DNA from: Spirochaetota bacterium
GTDB lineage: Bacteria > Spirochaetota > UBA4802 > JAFGDQ01
NCBI GenBank assembly: GCA_043803405.1
Contig: JAZDKB010000018.1
Coordinates: forward strand, 64,001 to 128,000
Direction of reading: 5' to 3'
Length of the DNA stretch: 64,000 nucleotides
Below, one piece after another: positions 20,525 to 31,399 of this stretch. The number at the start of each line of letters is the position of its first letter. The first letter of the stretch is position 1. The notes beneath the pieces were generated by a model. That model ran no database searches and was not told where the DNA came from. It worked only from the letters and a program-made list of their open reading frames with translations. The translations under genes and the position numbers were made by a program.

Positions 20525-21182
20525 TTATCCCGGGAGATTAAGCACTGTTCTCTTTTTCGGAGGATGCAACTTTTCCTGCGGGTATTGCCATAACCCCGAA
20601 CTGGCCCGCAATGATAACAATCTCAATTCTTATTCTGAATCAGATGTTCTTAATTTATTAAAAGACCGCAAATCATTAGTTGATTCTGTGGTAATTACAG
20701 GCGGTGAACCCACACTTTTTCAGGAACTGTCACCTTTCCTTGAAAAAATAAAAGAAATATCGCTGTTTATTAAAATCGATACTAACGGCTCAAATCCGGA
20801 TGTTATTGAAAACCTGTTAAATAGAAAGATTCCGGATTATATTGCTATTGATATTAAAACTTCCCCGCAAAAGTACAAACTTGCTGCAGGAGTAAATATT
20901 GATTTTAATAAAATTATTAAAACAATAGAATTAGTAAAAGAGTCCGGGATCGATTATGAAGTAAGAACTACCTGTGTCCCATCTTATGTGAACATTGACG
21001 ATTTTATAAGCATTAAAAATGAAATCGGGAATGTAAAAAAATACTTTCTTCAGCAATTTGTTAACAGCAATACACTCGATCCTTCTTTGCATGAATGCAC
21101 ACCTTACACGGAATCCGTGTTAAATGAATTTAAAGATTACGTAAAAAATTTTTCCGGGTTCTGCGGGATCAGGGGGATATAG
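20487..21182 (+). CDS. nrdG: Anaerobic RNR activase (radical SAM)
   Basis: SLVDYPG, CNFSCGYCHN, GGEPT. Confidence 0.92.
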   Translation: MKIKGIQKTSLVDYPGRLSTVLFFGGCNFSCGYCHNPELARNDNNLNSYSESDVLNLLKDRKSLVDSVVITGGEPTLFQELSPFLEKIKEISLFIKIDTNGSNPDVIENLLNRKIPDYIAIDIKTSPQKYKLAAGVNIDFNKIIKTIELVKESGIDYEVRTTCVPSYVNIDDFISIKNEIGNVKKYFLQQFVNSNTLDPSLHECTPYTESVLNEFKDYVKNFSGFCGIRGI

Positions 21183-21469
21183 CGATTTTTTAAAGTTGAC
21201 AAAAAACTTTAAAAATGCTGTATGCGTATGCGGCGATAAATTTGCTATAATTAGGATTATAAATATTTTTTTGAGCTTTTATAATATAAATTCCATTTAA
21301 TTATTGACCTGTCCGCAACATTAAAACAATAAGTTACATGCTGCTGAGTAAAATAATATAAATTTTTATCAGGATCTGTAGAATATGACAAAACAGTACA
21401 ATGCAAGAGAAAAAAGAAAAAAGGCAAAAAAACGCTTAAAGAGAAAGAAAAAGAAAGAAAAATTGGGAG

Positions 21470-22309
21470 TTAAGTAGAAACCCGGTCTCTGCGGGAGAGA
21501 ATTGTTGCAGGATCGATCTCACCGACATTATTAAAAATATAGTCCGGCTGATACGGAAAACGAGCAGCTCTTTCTTTTGATGTAACCCCGGATAAAACCA
21601 GGCAAGTGGTCATGCCGGATTCAAGCCCGCCGATTATGTCCGTATCCATCCGGTCGCCTATCATAAAGCAATTGGCGGAGTGGACTCCCAGTTTTTTTCG
21701 AGCTAAATACATCATTATCGGATTCGGTTTGCCTACGAAGTAGGGAGCAATGCCGGTCGTTTTTTGAATGGGCGCCACCAGGGCTCCGCATGCCGGCACT
21801 GGCCCTCTCTTTGTCGGGCCTGTAATATCGGGATTTGTTGCAATAAACCTTGCTCCTTCCTGTATCAGAAGGGAAGCTTCCCTGATAGTCAAATAATCGT
21901 ACTCTTCGGTCTCTCCGACTATAACATAGTCGGGTCTGTTTTTTGTTATTTTAACGCCTGCTGCTTTCAGTTCTTTCAGCAATCCGTTTCCTCCGATCAC
22001 ATAAGCTGAAAATCTTGATTTTTTGTGCACCTGGTAAAGCAGAAAACTTGCCATTGCCATTGCGGATGTATAAAAACGTTCCTTTTCGACTTTTATACCG
22101 ATTTTATTCATACGTTCTTTTAATTCTTCCGGAGTGAAATAAGAGTTATTTGTTAAAAATAAAAATCTGAATCCTCCGTCTTTTAATCTTCCGACAAAGT
22201 CCATTGCTCCGGGGATCAGCACTTTCCCTTTGTTTATAACTCCGTCCATATCAATAATAAATGCTTTATCGTAAGTGATTTTTTTTGTTATCTCTTTTTT
22301 AACACTCAT
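21470..22309 (-). CDS. HAD-IIA hydrolase (NagD-like)
   Basis: DMDG, LTNN, GKP, GDRMDTD. Confidence 0.9.
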   Translation of the reverse strand: MSVKKEITKKITYDKAFIIDMDGVINKGKVLIPGAMDFVGRLKDGGFRFLFLTNNSYFTPEELKERMNKIGIKVEKERFYTSAMAMASFLLYQVHKKSRFSAYVIGGNGLLKELKAAGVKITKNRPDYVIVGETEEYDYLTIREASLLIQEGARFIATNPDITGPTKRGPVPACGALVAPIQKTTGIAPYFVGKPNPIMMYLARKKLGVHSANCFMIGDRMDTDIIGGLESGMTTCLVLSGVTSKERAARFPYQPDYIFNNVGEIDPATILSRRDRVST

Positions 22310-22544
22310 GAGGTAAATACTCCTGTAATTATTTTATGATATAAGTATTTTTTTTTAATGTCCACATATTTTTTTGATAAAAAATTAATGTGTTTAAAAT
22401 AAAATTTTAACTTAAAAATATGTTTGCTTAATAATTAAATATGAATAAAATCGGATTAATTCTAATATCCCGGCAGATATACGTTTTAATATAGTTTTAA
22501 AAAAGTACGTGTAAGAACAAAGATATGCAAAAAAGGGGGTTGAC

Positions 22545-23003
22545 TTGGGAATTACTATTCATACCAAGCCGTTTGGAGAAATTGAAGTCGAAACAAAACA
22601 AATTGTCGATTTCCCGGACGGAATACTCGGATTCGACTTTGTAAAGAAGTTCGTTATTCTTGATTCCGAGGAAAATTCTCCTTTTAAATGGATGCAGGCT
22701 TTTTCAGAACCCGATCTGGCTTTCATTATTATACAGCCTGTTTTTTTTAAGCCGGATTATGAACTTATTATTTCTCAGAGCGACATTGAAGCTGTTGAAG
22801 CTCAGGACGCAAATTCACTTCTTGTTTTTGTAATAGTTACTATCCCTTCCAACCCTTCGGACATGACGGCAAACCTACAGGGTCCAATAATTATAAATAC
22901 AAAGAAACAAATAGGCAGACAGGTTATTTCATTAAGCGATAAATATTGCGTTAAACATAAAATACTTGATGAGATGAAAAATATAGAGCAGGCAAAAGGA
23001 TAA
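22545..23003 (+). CDS. fliW: Flagellar assembly factor FliW
   Basis: [20 protein letters not shown]. Confidence 0.93.
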   Translation: MGITIHTKPFGEIEVETKQIVDFPDGILGFDFVKKFVILDSEENSPFKWMQAFSEPDLAFIIIQPVFFKPDYELIISQSDIEAVEAQDANSLLVFVIVTIPSNPSDMTANLQGPIIINTKKQIGRQVISLSDKYCVKHKILDEMKNIEQAKG

Positions 23004-23007
23004 ATTT

Positions 23008-23268
23008 ATGCTTGTATTGGCCAGAAAGTTTAACGAAAGCATTATGATCGGCGATGAAATAGAAGTAATCATTATTGAGATAAAAAACGACCAGGTTAAA
23101 CTCGGCATTAAAGCTCCAAAAAAAATCGCAGTTCACAGAAAAGAAGTATATGAAGAAATACAACTGGAAAATATCGCTGCATTAAGTTCAGAATTCAAGC
23201 CCGAAGACTTAAAGCGATTTTCGAATTTTTTAAAAAAGAACAGCAAGTCCGACAAAGACAAAAAATAA
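23008..23268 (+). CDS. csrA: Carbon storage regulator CsrA
   Basis: [28 protein letters not shown]. Confidence 0.95.
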   Translation: MLVLARKFNESIMIGDEIEVIIIEIKNDQVKLGIKAPKKIAVHRKEVYEEIQLENIAALSSEFKPEDLKRFSNFLKKNSKSDKDKK

Positions 23269-23292
23269 CTGGATTCGGCTAAGTATAATACA

Positions 23293-24234
23293 ATGGCAAA
23301 AAAGAAACTCTATATAAATAACCTGGTAGACGGCACTATCGATATCGATCTCCAGCTGGAACTTATTGCAGGAGAACATGGCCTGAATAAGGAAATTACC
23401 AGCGGTGATGTAAACAGGCCAGGGTTAAGCCTTGCGGGCTTTTTCGATTTTTTTGCTTTCAGCAGAATACAGGTTTTCGGCCTGGGCGAAACCGCTTTTA
23501 TGAGAAATCTCCCGGATGATAAAATGAAAGAAATGCTGAACTCATTTTTTTCATACGATATTCTCTGCTGCGTGTTTACACATGAAGAAAGACCAAACGA
23601 AATGTTTATCGATCTTGCGAACAGCAGGAACATTCCTACTTTTGTGACAAAATACCGCACAACAAGGTTCGTAAGTCTGTGGACGCATGCTGTTGAAAAA
23701 TATTTTGCGCAAATAATGACCGCGCATGGTTCTCTGGTTGATGTATTCGGCGTAGGTGTTTTACTGCTCGGCAAAAGCGGCGTAGGGAAAAGCGAATGCG
23801 CCCTGGAACTCATCGAGAAAGGGCACAGGCTTGTTGCCGACGATGTCGTGGAAATACAAAAAATCGACGAGCTGTTTCTTTTCGGTAACAGCGCCGAAAT
23901 AATACGGCATCATATGGAAATAAGAGGCTTAGGCATCATTAATGTAAGGGAGATATACGGGATAGCTTCCGTAAGGAACAGAAAAAGAATAGACTTTATT
24001 GTTCTACTTGAAGAATGGGATGAAAATAAAGAATATGACAGGCTTGGGATAGACGAGCAAAAATACACCATACTTGATATTGATCTTTCATATATAACGG
24101 TTCCTGTCCGGCCGGGCCGCAATATTCCAATACTTGTAGAAACAGCGGCTTTAAATCACAGGTTAAAAAAAATGGGGACTTATTCGGCAAAGGAACTTGA
24201 TTTAAAAATTCAGGACATAGTCAAAAAGGAGTAA
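23293..24234 (+). CDS. hprK: HPr kinase/phosphorylase
   Basis: GKSGVGKSE, LVADD, MEIRGLG, PVRPGRN. Confidence 0.96.
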   Translation: MAKKKLYINNLVDGTIDIDLQLELIAGEHGLNKEITSGDVNRPGLSLAGFFDFFAFSRIQVFGLGETAFMRNLPDDKMKEMLNSFFSYDILCCVFTHEERPNEMFIDLANSRNIPTFVTKYRTTRFVSLWTHAVEKYFAQIMTAHGSLVDVFGVGVLLLGKSGVGKSECALELIEKGHRLVADDVVEIQKIDELFLFGNSAEIIRHHMEIRGLGIINVREIYGIASVRNRKRIDFIVLLEEWDENKEYDRLGIDEQKYTILDIDLSYITVPVRPGRNIPILVETAALNHRLKKMGTYSAKELDLKIQDIVKKE

Positions 24235-24236
24235 AT

Positions 24237-24509
24237 TTGGTAGAGGATGCAGTTTTTATTAATAGCGATGCGGGGGTACATGCCAGGCCGGCCATGATGC
24301 TTGTGCGGACAGCCATGAAATATCCGTGCGAAATTTTTTTTATAAAAGACGATGTTGAAGCAAATGCCAAATCCATTATGGGCGTTCTTGCGCTTGCCAT
24401 TACGAAAGGATCAAAGCTTATAATAAGGGCACACGGCGGAAATGAAGAAAAAGCAGTGCAGGAACTTATATCTTTAATTGAAAACGACTTTAAAGAGAGC
24501 GAAAACTAA
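24237..24509 (+). CDS. ptsH: Phosphocarrier protein HPr
   Basis: GVHARPA and NAKSIMGV. Confidence 0.93.
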   Translation: MVEDAVFINSDAGVHARPAMMLVRTAMKYPCEIFFIKDDVEANAKSIMGVLALAITKGSKLIIRAHGGNEEKAVQELISLIENDFKESEN

Positions 24510-24521
24510 GCTTTATCTATT

Positions 24522-26339
24522 ATGTCGATAACCGGAAATCTTAAAAAAAATGTAATCGAGAAATCCAGGGTTCAGGACATAATTTTAATCAGCGGGATAC
24601 TTGCATTTTCTGCCGCATTGGTATTGGGGCTTTTCCCTGATGCAAACATTGAAGAAGGCGCTGAAAGGGAATATTTCATTTATCTGATAATGATAATCCC
24701 AATGATGGCTGCCATATATTTTATTTTTATCTCATTCAGCAGGAAATTATATTCAAGATCTTTTGATTTCAGTTCCAGTATTATTTTTAAAACAATGCTG
24801 GCATTTATTTCCGTAGCCATCCTCCCTTCGCTTACAATAATTATAATATCAAATCATATAATAAATTCGGCTATTTCGAATTTAATTACGGACGACACCA
24901 TATATTCTCTTGAAGAATCAATAGACCTGGCAAATGAACACATAAATAATTATTATGACAGTGTGGACGGCGAATTAAAGTCCATTAAATATTTTGTCAG
25001 AAAGGGAATGATTAATCCGGGAGTGGAGAGCAACAGAATACATATAGCGGAGAATTGCAGATTAAAAGGCATGGGCTGCGCCGTATTTAAAGTTTACGAA
25101 AAAAATGACGAGTCCAATAAATTAAATATTTTACAGAAAGAAAACATAAAAAATTATACCGGGGGTATTACAAAATTTTTTCAAAATGCCGATCTGGATT
25201 CAATACCTAAAATCTCACATATCTCAATAGATAAAAATCCAATTTTACTAGGGCAGCTATATTATAACGGATTTATTATTGCAGTAACAAAAGATTTACC
25301 CAGGACATTTTATAGCAGAACAAATCTGTATAAATCTTCAATACAAAGATATAAAAACCGCGAATTTCAGAAACCGTATTTTGAAACAGGGATCGGAGTG
25401 CTTCTTCTTTCCATTGCAATAATAATTGTTTTAATTTCCGTAAGTGTGAGCTTCTTTTTATCGAGAGGATTTACAAAACCTGTACTTGAACTTGCCGAAG
25501 CCGCAGGCCACGTGGCTTCCGGCGACTTTCACATAGAGCTTAAAAGAGACGCAACCGATGAACTTGCGCTTCTTTTTAAATCGTTCAATAAAATGGTGCG
25601 GCAGCTCGATGAAAGCAAGAAGTTAATGTTTCACGCACAAAGGCTGGAAGCATGGAGGGATGTTGCAAGAAGGATTGTCCATGAAATTAAAAATCCGCTT
25701 ACTCCTATACGGCTTTCAGCCGAGAGAATTCAAAACAGATACCGTGAAGGTAATCCCGACATAAGCAATATAATCGCTTTGGGCACTGAAACGATAATTG
25801 AAGAAGTAAAAGTATTAAACAGAATATTAAACGAATTTTCCGGATTTGCAAGGCTGCCGGAAATGCGCGGCGAATACCGCGATATTAATCCGGTTATTGA
25901 GAACTGCGTTAATTTTTTTATGGGGCACGATGAAGTATCGTTTCATGTAAGTCTTGACGATTCAATACCAAAACTTTTTATAGACAAGGTTTTGTTAAGA
26001 CAGGCATTGACAAATATTATACAGAACTCGGTTGACGCGCTCGGCAGAAGCGGAAACATATTTGTAAAATCGGAATATGCCGACAAGGTTCACGGAATTG
26101 CGAAAGTATCAATCAGGGATGACGGACCCGGAATTGACGAGGAGAATCTGGAAAAAATATTTGATCCGACATTTTCAACAAAGATTACGGGGACCGGGCT
26201 TGGGCTTGCTATAGTGGAGAAAATTATTCTTGAACATAACGGCAGAATATTTTTTCATTCGGTTAAAGGCAAAGGAGCTGAATTCGTAATTGAGCTTCCT
26301 GTTCTGGAGGATATCAATGGCAAAAATATTACTGGTTGA
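24522..26339 (+). CDS. NtrY-like HAMP sensor histidine kinase
   Basis: AWRDVARRIVHEIKNPLTPI, DDGPG, GTGLGL. Confidence 0.88.
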   Translation: MSITGNLKKNVIEKSRVQDIILISGILAFSAALVLGLFPDANIEEGAEREYFIYLIMIIPMMAAIYFIFISFSRKLYSRSFDFSSSIIFKTMLAFISVAILPSLTIIIISNHIINSAISNLITDDTIYSLEESIDLANEHINNYYDSVDGELKSIKYFVRKGMINPGVESNRIHIAENCRLKGMGCAVFKVYEKNDESNKLNILQKENIKNYTGGITKFFQNADLDSIPKISHISIDKNPILLGQLYYNGFIIAVTKDLPRTFYSRTNLYKSSIQRYKNREFQKPYFETGIGVLLLSIAIIIVLISVSVSFFLSRGFTKPVLELAEAAGHVASGDFHIELKRDATDELALLFKSFNKMVRQLDESKKLMFHAQRLEAWRDVARRIVHEIKNPLTPIRLSAERIQNRYREGNPDISNIIALGTETIIEEVKVLNRILNEFSGFARLPEMRGEYRDINPVIENCVNFFMGHDEVSFHVSLDDSIPKLFIDKVLLRQALTNIIQNSVDALGRSGNIFVKSEYADKVHGIAKVSIRDDGPGIDEENLEKIFDPTFSTKITGTGLGLAIVEKIILEHNGRIFFHSVKGKGAEFVIELPVLEDINGKNITG

Positions 26340-27672
26340 CGATGAAATCAACATTGTAAAAACGCTTTCAGCCATTTTGCAGGATGAAGGTCATGATACG
26401 TATTCAAGCGAAAACGGCAAAGGTGCCATCGATTTTTTAAGCAGGAACGAATGCGATCTCGTTTTTCTGGATGTCTGGCTGCCGGATATCGACGGGACGC
26501 TGGTTTTAGAAAAGATCAGACAGTCGAATCCTGAGGTCGCAGTGATTATGATATCAGGGCACGCCTCCATTGATGTTGCTGTAAAATCCACGAGAATGGG
26601 CGCTCTGGATTTTCTCGAAAAGCCTTTATCCATGCAGAGAGTAATAACTTCGCTGAATAATGCCCTTGAGCGCGTTATGCTGAAAAAAGAAAACATAAGG
26701 CTCAGGAAAGAAGCGATAGTAGAAGATGAGATGATCGGCGAAGCCGACGGGATAAAGGAAGTCCGCAATATAATTGAAACAGCTGCAGGAACAAACGCCA
26801 GGGTGTTTATTACGGGCGAAAACGGGACTGGAAAAGAGCTGGTAGCAAAGGCAATTCATAAAAATTCAAAGAGATCTTCCAAACCTCTGATAAAAGTAAA
26901 CTGTGCTGCTATTCCTGATGAGCTTATCGAGAGCGAGTTATTCGGCCATGAAAAGGGCTCCTTTACCGGAGCATCGAACAGAAGACTCGGGAAATTCGAG
27001 ATTGCGAACGGGGGCACAATTTTTCTTGATGAGATTTGCGACATGAGCGCAAGCGCGCAGGCAAAGGTGCTCCGGGTTCTTCAGGAGCAGCAATTCGAAC
27101 GCGTCGGGGGCAATGACCCGGTAACGGTAGATGTAAGAGTAATTGCAGCCACAAACATTGACGTGAAAAAGGCTATTGAAGAAGGCAGGTTCAGGGAAGA
27201 TCTTTATTACAGGCTGAACGTTATTCCAATTCATGTGCCGTCGCTCGCGGAAAGGAAAGAAGACATACCGGTTCTTACAAAATATTTTCTTAATATATTT
27301 TCCAAGGAACACGGGCTTGGAGAAAAGGAAATGACAGATGATGCCATGAATTTCCTGATCAAGCATAACTGGCCTGGCAATGTGCGCGAACTTAAGAATA
27401 TAATTGAACGTTTAACTATAATGGTGCAGTCGGATGTAATCGATAAAGATGATATTGCAAGGCATATCGGATCATACGATTATGAAGATGTGATGTCAGG
27501 AGACACATCCACGCTTAAACAGGCAAGAGAGGAATTCGAGAAAGAGTATATAATCAGAGCCTTAAAGAAAAATAATAATAACATCAGCTCAACCGCCAGG
27601 GAGCTTGGAATAGAAAGAACTAATCTTCACAGAAAAGTGAAGCAGTATGATATCAATGTAGATAAGATATAA
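26317..27672 (+). CDS. NtrX-like sigma54-type response regulator
   Basis: REC domain, GENGTGKE, GSFTGA, Fis HTH; GGAGG RBS before ATG 26317. Confidence 0.9.
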   Translation: MAKILLVDDEINIVKTLSAILQDEGHDTYSSENGKGAIDFLSRNECDLVFLDVWLPDIDGTLVLEKIRQSNPEVAVIMISGHASIDVAVKSTRMGALDFLEKPLSMQRVITSLNNALERVMLKKENIRLRKEAIVEDEMIGEADGIKEVRNIIETAAGTNARVFITGENGTGKELVAKAIHKNSKRSSKPLIKVNCAAIPDELIESELFGHEKGSFTGASNRRLGKFEIANGGTIFLDEICDMSASAQAKVLRVLQEQQFERVGGNDPVTVDVRVIAATNIDVKKAIEEGRFREDLYYRLNVIPIHVPSLAERKEDIPVLTKYFLNIFSKEHGLGEKEMTDDAMNFLIKHNWPGNVRELKNIIERLTIMVQSDVIDKDDIARHIGSYDYEDVMSGDTSTLKQAREEFEKEYIIRALKKNNNNISSTARELGIERTNLHRKVKQYDINVDKI

Positions 27673-27691
27673 ATAAGGAAAAAATCAGTCA

Positions 27692-28816
27692 ATGACAGAT
27701 ATCTTATTTTATGACGGCATTTCGCCTGTGCCGAAAAACGGTAAAATGATACCGTATACAGACAATATTCAGATTGAAACACAAAGCGAATCCGGCGCCA
27801 GGGAAACCGTTTATGTTAAATACAGCGAAATTACAGAGATTTCAAAAACAGGAGATAAATCCGATATTAAATTCGCGGGGACGGATGAAAACTGCGCAAA
27901 CAGGCTTATAGTTTTCAGCGATCTAAAAACATATGAAATAATATACAGGAACTGGAGTTCGAATAAACAAAACTTTTTTTACGCTGCGTTTGTAAAACTT
28001 TCGGGCCTTTCGAATTTTAAAAAGGCAGCCCTTGCCCTTATTGCCGCTCCTGTTGCAATTCTAATTATAATGCAGATCCTGAACAGGACATATATTTTTT
28101 TTCCGCTGTCTGTCGACAGAGAACTCGGTTCCAGAGCAGGCGAGATCTTTTTAAAGGACGCAGCAGTTGTTAAAAACAGAAAAGCGCAGCATTTTATTGA
28201 AGATTTAACGAAAAAAATTGCCCCGAAAGATACCGTTAATAACTACAAGATATTTATTATAAAGAATCCTGAAATCAACGCCTTTTCGCTTACTGACGGC
28301 AGCTTATTAATATACACCGGATTAATAGACCGGACAGAAACACCTGAAGAACTTGCAGGCGTTCTTGCTCATGAGATAAGCCATGTTGAAATGCGGCACG
28401 GGCTTCGGCAATTAATTCGCGTTCTGGGGATCAGCTATTTAATATCATCTGTTGTAGGCGCAGGGATCGAGGGACTTGAGATACCGGAAACAATAAGCGA
28501 AATAGCCAATATTGCCATTTATAATAAATATTCCCGTGAATTTGAAAAGGAAGCGGATCTGAACTCAGTTAAACTTCTTCAAAATGCATGCATAAGTCCG
28601 GACGGGATAATGAAATTTTTTGAAAGATTAAATAAAAATAAAAATATGCCTGCTGTTTTAAGCTGGTTTAATTCGCATCCGAGTTTCGACAGCAGAATTA
28701 AATATTTAACCGATGAAATAAAGCATACAAAAACTTCACAGAGTAAAAAACAATTCCTTATGTCTAAAAATGAATGGGAAGCGCTTAAAGTCAGTCTTAA
28801 CAGGGAAGGCAAATAA
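27692..28816 (+). CDS. M48 family metallopeptidase
   Basis: INAF, LAHEISH, EKEAD, SHP. Confidence 0.88.
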   Translation: MTDILFYDGISPVPKNGKMIPYTDNIQIETQSESGARETVYVKYSEITEISKTGDKSDIKFAGTDENCANRLIVFSDLKTYEIIYRNWSSNKQNFFYAAFVKLSGLSNFKKAALALIAAPVAILIIMQILNRTYIFFPLSVDRELGSRAGEIFLKDAAVVKNRKAQHFIEDLTKKIAPKDTVNNYKIFIIKNPEINAFSLTDGSLLIYTGLIDRTETPEELAGVLAHEISHVEMRHGLRQLIRVLGISYLISSVVGAGIEGLEIPETISEIANIAIYNKYSREFEKEADLNSVKLLQNACISPDGIMKFFERLNKNKNMPAVLSWFNSHPSFDSRIKYLTDEIKHTKTSQSKKQFLMSKNEWEALKVSLNREGK

Positions 28817-28818
28817 AA

Positions 28819-29325
28819 TTATTTTATATTATTTGCTTTTGCGAATTTAATATAATAATCTTCGTCTATTCTTTTCATTGTTCTTATTATCTCTGCTTTA
28901 ATTCTTTTATCAGAGGTTTTATATTCTTCCGAAATAAATTTCAAAACATCGGATTTATCGGATGAATATCCGAATATCCAGATAATGACAGGTTTAATGA
29001 AGTCCGATTCTTTTCCGTATCTTTCAATTAATAAATCCGTATCTATTAAATTATTATCCAGAAGAGAATAATAGCCTTCCAGCCTGAGCAATTCATCGCT
29101 GCTGTACAGCAGCTTTGCGGTATATATATATTTAAAAGGAGGTCTGTAAAACAACAGTGCAGTTCTGCTGCCTTTAAAAATACCTGTAATGATTTGCGAG
29201 CCTATAATGCGTCCAATGCCAAAACCGGAAACCAGAATGAAAATAAAAACAAGCGCAGCTATCAGCCTTTGCTTTGTTATTTTATTCTTAAACTGCTTTA
29301 ATCTTTCAGGTAAATCAGTCGCCAT
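28819..29325 (-). CDS. Hypothetical membrane-anchored protein
   Basis: 168-aa ORF with one TM. Confidence 0.55.
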   Translation of the reverse strand: MATDLPERLKQFKNKITKQRLIAALVFIFILVSGFGIGRIIGSQIITGIFKGSRTALLFYRPPFKYIYTAKLLYSSDELLRLEGYYSLLDNNLIDTDLLIERYGKESDFIKPVIIWIFGYSSDKSDVLKFISEEYKTSDKRIKAEIIRTMKRIDEDYYIKFAKANNIK

Positions 29326-29524
29326 AATTTAAACTATATTTTAGCTTTACACTATAATCATCTGATCAAATTTCTTGACAAATGAATAGCTCATTTATAC
29401 AGATTGAGCAGAATCATGGCAATCTTAAATTGCTGTTTAAAAATATTTTAGCTAATTCTTGAATTATCTTGCGAAATAGACTCTAGACCGTAAATTATAT
29501 TACAAGTGAATTTTGGAGAAAGAT

Positions 29525-30406
29525 ATGGAAGCGCTTTTATCTGCAAAGATACCCGGAGTAAAAAAGAATTTCAGCGGTAAAGTAAGGGACGTATATAAAG
29601 TAGACAAAGAGCATCTGTTAATCGTATCAACAGACAGGTTATCTGCTTTTGATCATGTGTTCCCTAATGGTATCCCAGGTAAAGGCATTATTTTAAATAC
29701 AATATCGAATTTATGGTTTTCAAATATAACTTTTGTAAAAAATCATATTGTTGAGACAAACTTTGCCAATTTCCCGAAACCGTTTTGTAATTTTCCGGAA
29801 CTGCTTAAAGGTAGATCGGTAATTGTAAAAAAGGCAAAAAGAATCGACTTTGAATGCGTGGTCAGAGGCTATATAATAGGAAGCGGATGGAAGGACTACA
29901 ATGAGACCGGCAAAATATGCGGGATTAAACTGCCGAAAGGGCTTAAGATGGCAGAGGAACTCGGCTCGCCTATTTTTACGCCTGCTACAAAATCGGACAG
30001 CGGGCATGATATGAATGTATCTATAGAAATTATGCAGAAAAAACTAGGTTTCGATATTGCAGGCAGTCTTGCGGAGTTAAGCCTTAAAATATATGATTAC
30101 GGCAGAACAAAAATGAAAAAAGCAGGCATATTGCTTGCCGATACCAAACTGGAATTCGGAATACTGAACAAGGAAATAATTCTGATTGATGAAGCAATGA
30201 CACCGGACAGCTCGCGATTCTGGGATAATTCAACTTATAAAACAGGAGAGTCCCCTGCAAGTTTTGACAAGCAGATAATAAGGGATTACCTTGAAACTAC
30301 AGACTGGGATAAAAATTCCCCTCCGCCTTCTTTGCCGGATGAAATAGTAAACAAGACCAGGAAAAAATATGAGGAAATCCTTCAAAAAATAAAGTCGGTT
30401 TTATAA
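29525..30406 (+). CDS. purC: SAICAR synthetase
   Basis: GKVRDVY, DRLSAFD, ADTKLEFG, TPDSSRFW. Confidence 0.96.
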   Translation: MEALLSAKIPGVKKNFSGKVRDVYKVDKEHLLIVSTDRLSAFDHVFPNGIPGKGIILNTISNLWFSNITFVKNHIVETNFANFPKPFCNFPELLKGRSVIVKKAKRIDFECVVRGYIIGSGWKDYNETGKICGIKLPKGLKMAEELGSPIFTPATKSDSGHDMNVSIEIMQKKLGFDIAGSLAELSLKIYDYGRTKMKKAGILLADTKLEFGILNKEIILIDEAMTPDSSRFWDNSTYKTGESPASFDKQIIRDYLETTDWDKNSPPPSLPDEIVNKTRKKYEEILQKIKSVL

Positions 30407-30517
30407 AAAATATTTAATTCTTAAACAAGCTAGTAATTTAATCAAGTTAAGGACTCCTTTTTTCGATAATATTACAGCGGATATTGCTTTGGCAGTATAA
30501 AAAATCGGGAGGAGTTA

Positions 30518-30952
30518 ATGGCATTACCTCAAAAGAGCCCATATAATCAATATAAACAGACTGAAATAAACACTGCAAACCAGGGAAAACTTATTGTAAT
30601 GTTGTACGACGGAGCAATTAAGTTTTTAAAGGCTGCAGTTGAAAATATGAATGTCAAAACTTACGATGTAGTAAACACAAACATTATAAAAGCCCAGGAT
30701 ATAATAACAGAACTTCTTCTTTCTTTAAACATGAAGGATGGCGGAGAAATTTCTTCGAATCTTTTTAATTTGTATTTATATTTCAAAAAAAGGCTTTTGG
30801 AAGCAAATATCCAGAAACAACCGGATATAATTCAGGAAGTGATCGTCCACATGAGCCTGCTGAGGGATTCCTGGAATAAAGTTTCTGCAAAAGAAAGCCC
30901 CACAGATAATACAAATATCACAAAAAAAGGAAGTTTTAGTATTGAGGGATGA
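30518..30952 (+). CDS. fliS: Flagellin chaperone FliS
   Basis: LIVMLYDGAI, NLFNLYLY. Confidence 0.95.
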   Translation: MALPQKSPYNQYKQTEINTANQGKLIVMLYDGAIKFLKAAVENMNVKTYDVVNTNIIKAQDIITELLLSLNMKDGGEISSNLFNLYLYFKKRLLEANIQKQPDIIQEVIVHMSLLRDSWNKVSAKESPTDNTNITKKGSFSIEG

Positions 30953-31385
30953 TTTATCCGGTCTGTTCGGAAGATTGCTTTCTCTGTATAAAGAAAAACT
31001 GCGCTGTATTGATACATTAAAATCCAACGAAATTAATTTGCGATATTTGCTGCAATCCGGCAATGAGTCCGGCATTCCGGACGCGCTCCTGGCCGATGAT
31101 GAAATATTTATCCGGCTGGATTCCGTTGAATTCGACATTCGATCCATTACGGAACTAATCTGCAGAACAACCGGAATAGTCATAGCTAAATTCGAAGAAT
31201 ATTTTCTCGGCAGAAATGAAGATCCGTTACCTGAGATAAAAAGATTTAAAACCGAGATTGATATACAGCTGTCTGTTCTTATAAAAGAGAGGGACATGCT
31301 GATACATGATATGGAAAAAAAGCTCGCGGATTTAAAATTGGATATTCGGGCTTTTAAAATAATACGAAATTACAAAAGCGATTAA
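30942..31385 (+). CDS. Helical hypothetical protein, possibly FlgN/FliT-like chaperone
   Basis: Overlaps fliS stop; coiled-coil character; function inferred from context only. Confidence 0.45.
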   Translation: MRDDLSGLFGRLLSLYKEKLRCIDTLKSNEINLRYLLQSGNESGIPDALLADDEIFIRLDSVEFDIRSITELICRTTGIVIAKFEEYFLGRNEDPLPEIKRFKTEIDIQLSVLIKERDMLIHDMEKKLADLKLDIRAFKIIRNYKSD

Positions 31386-31399
31386 CCGTTAAAAGTCTA

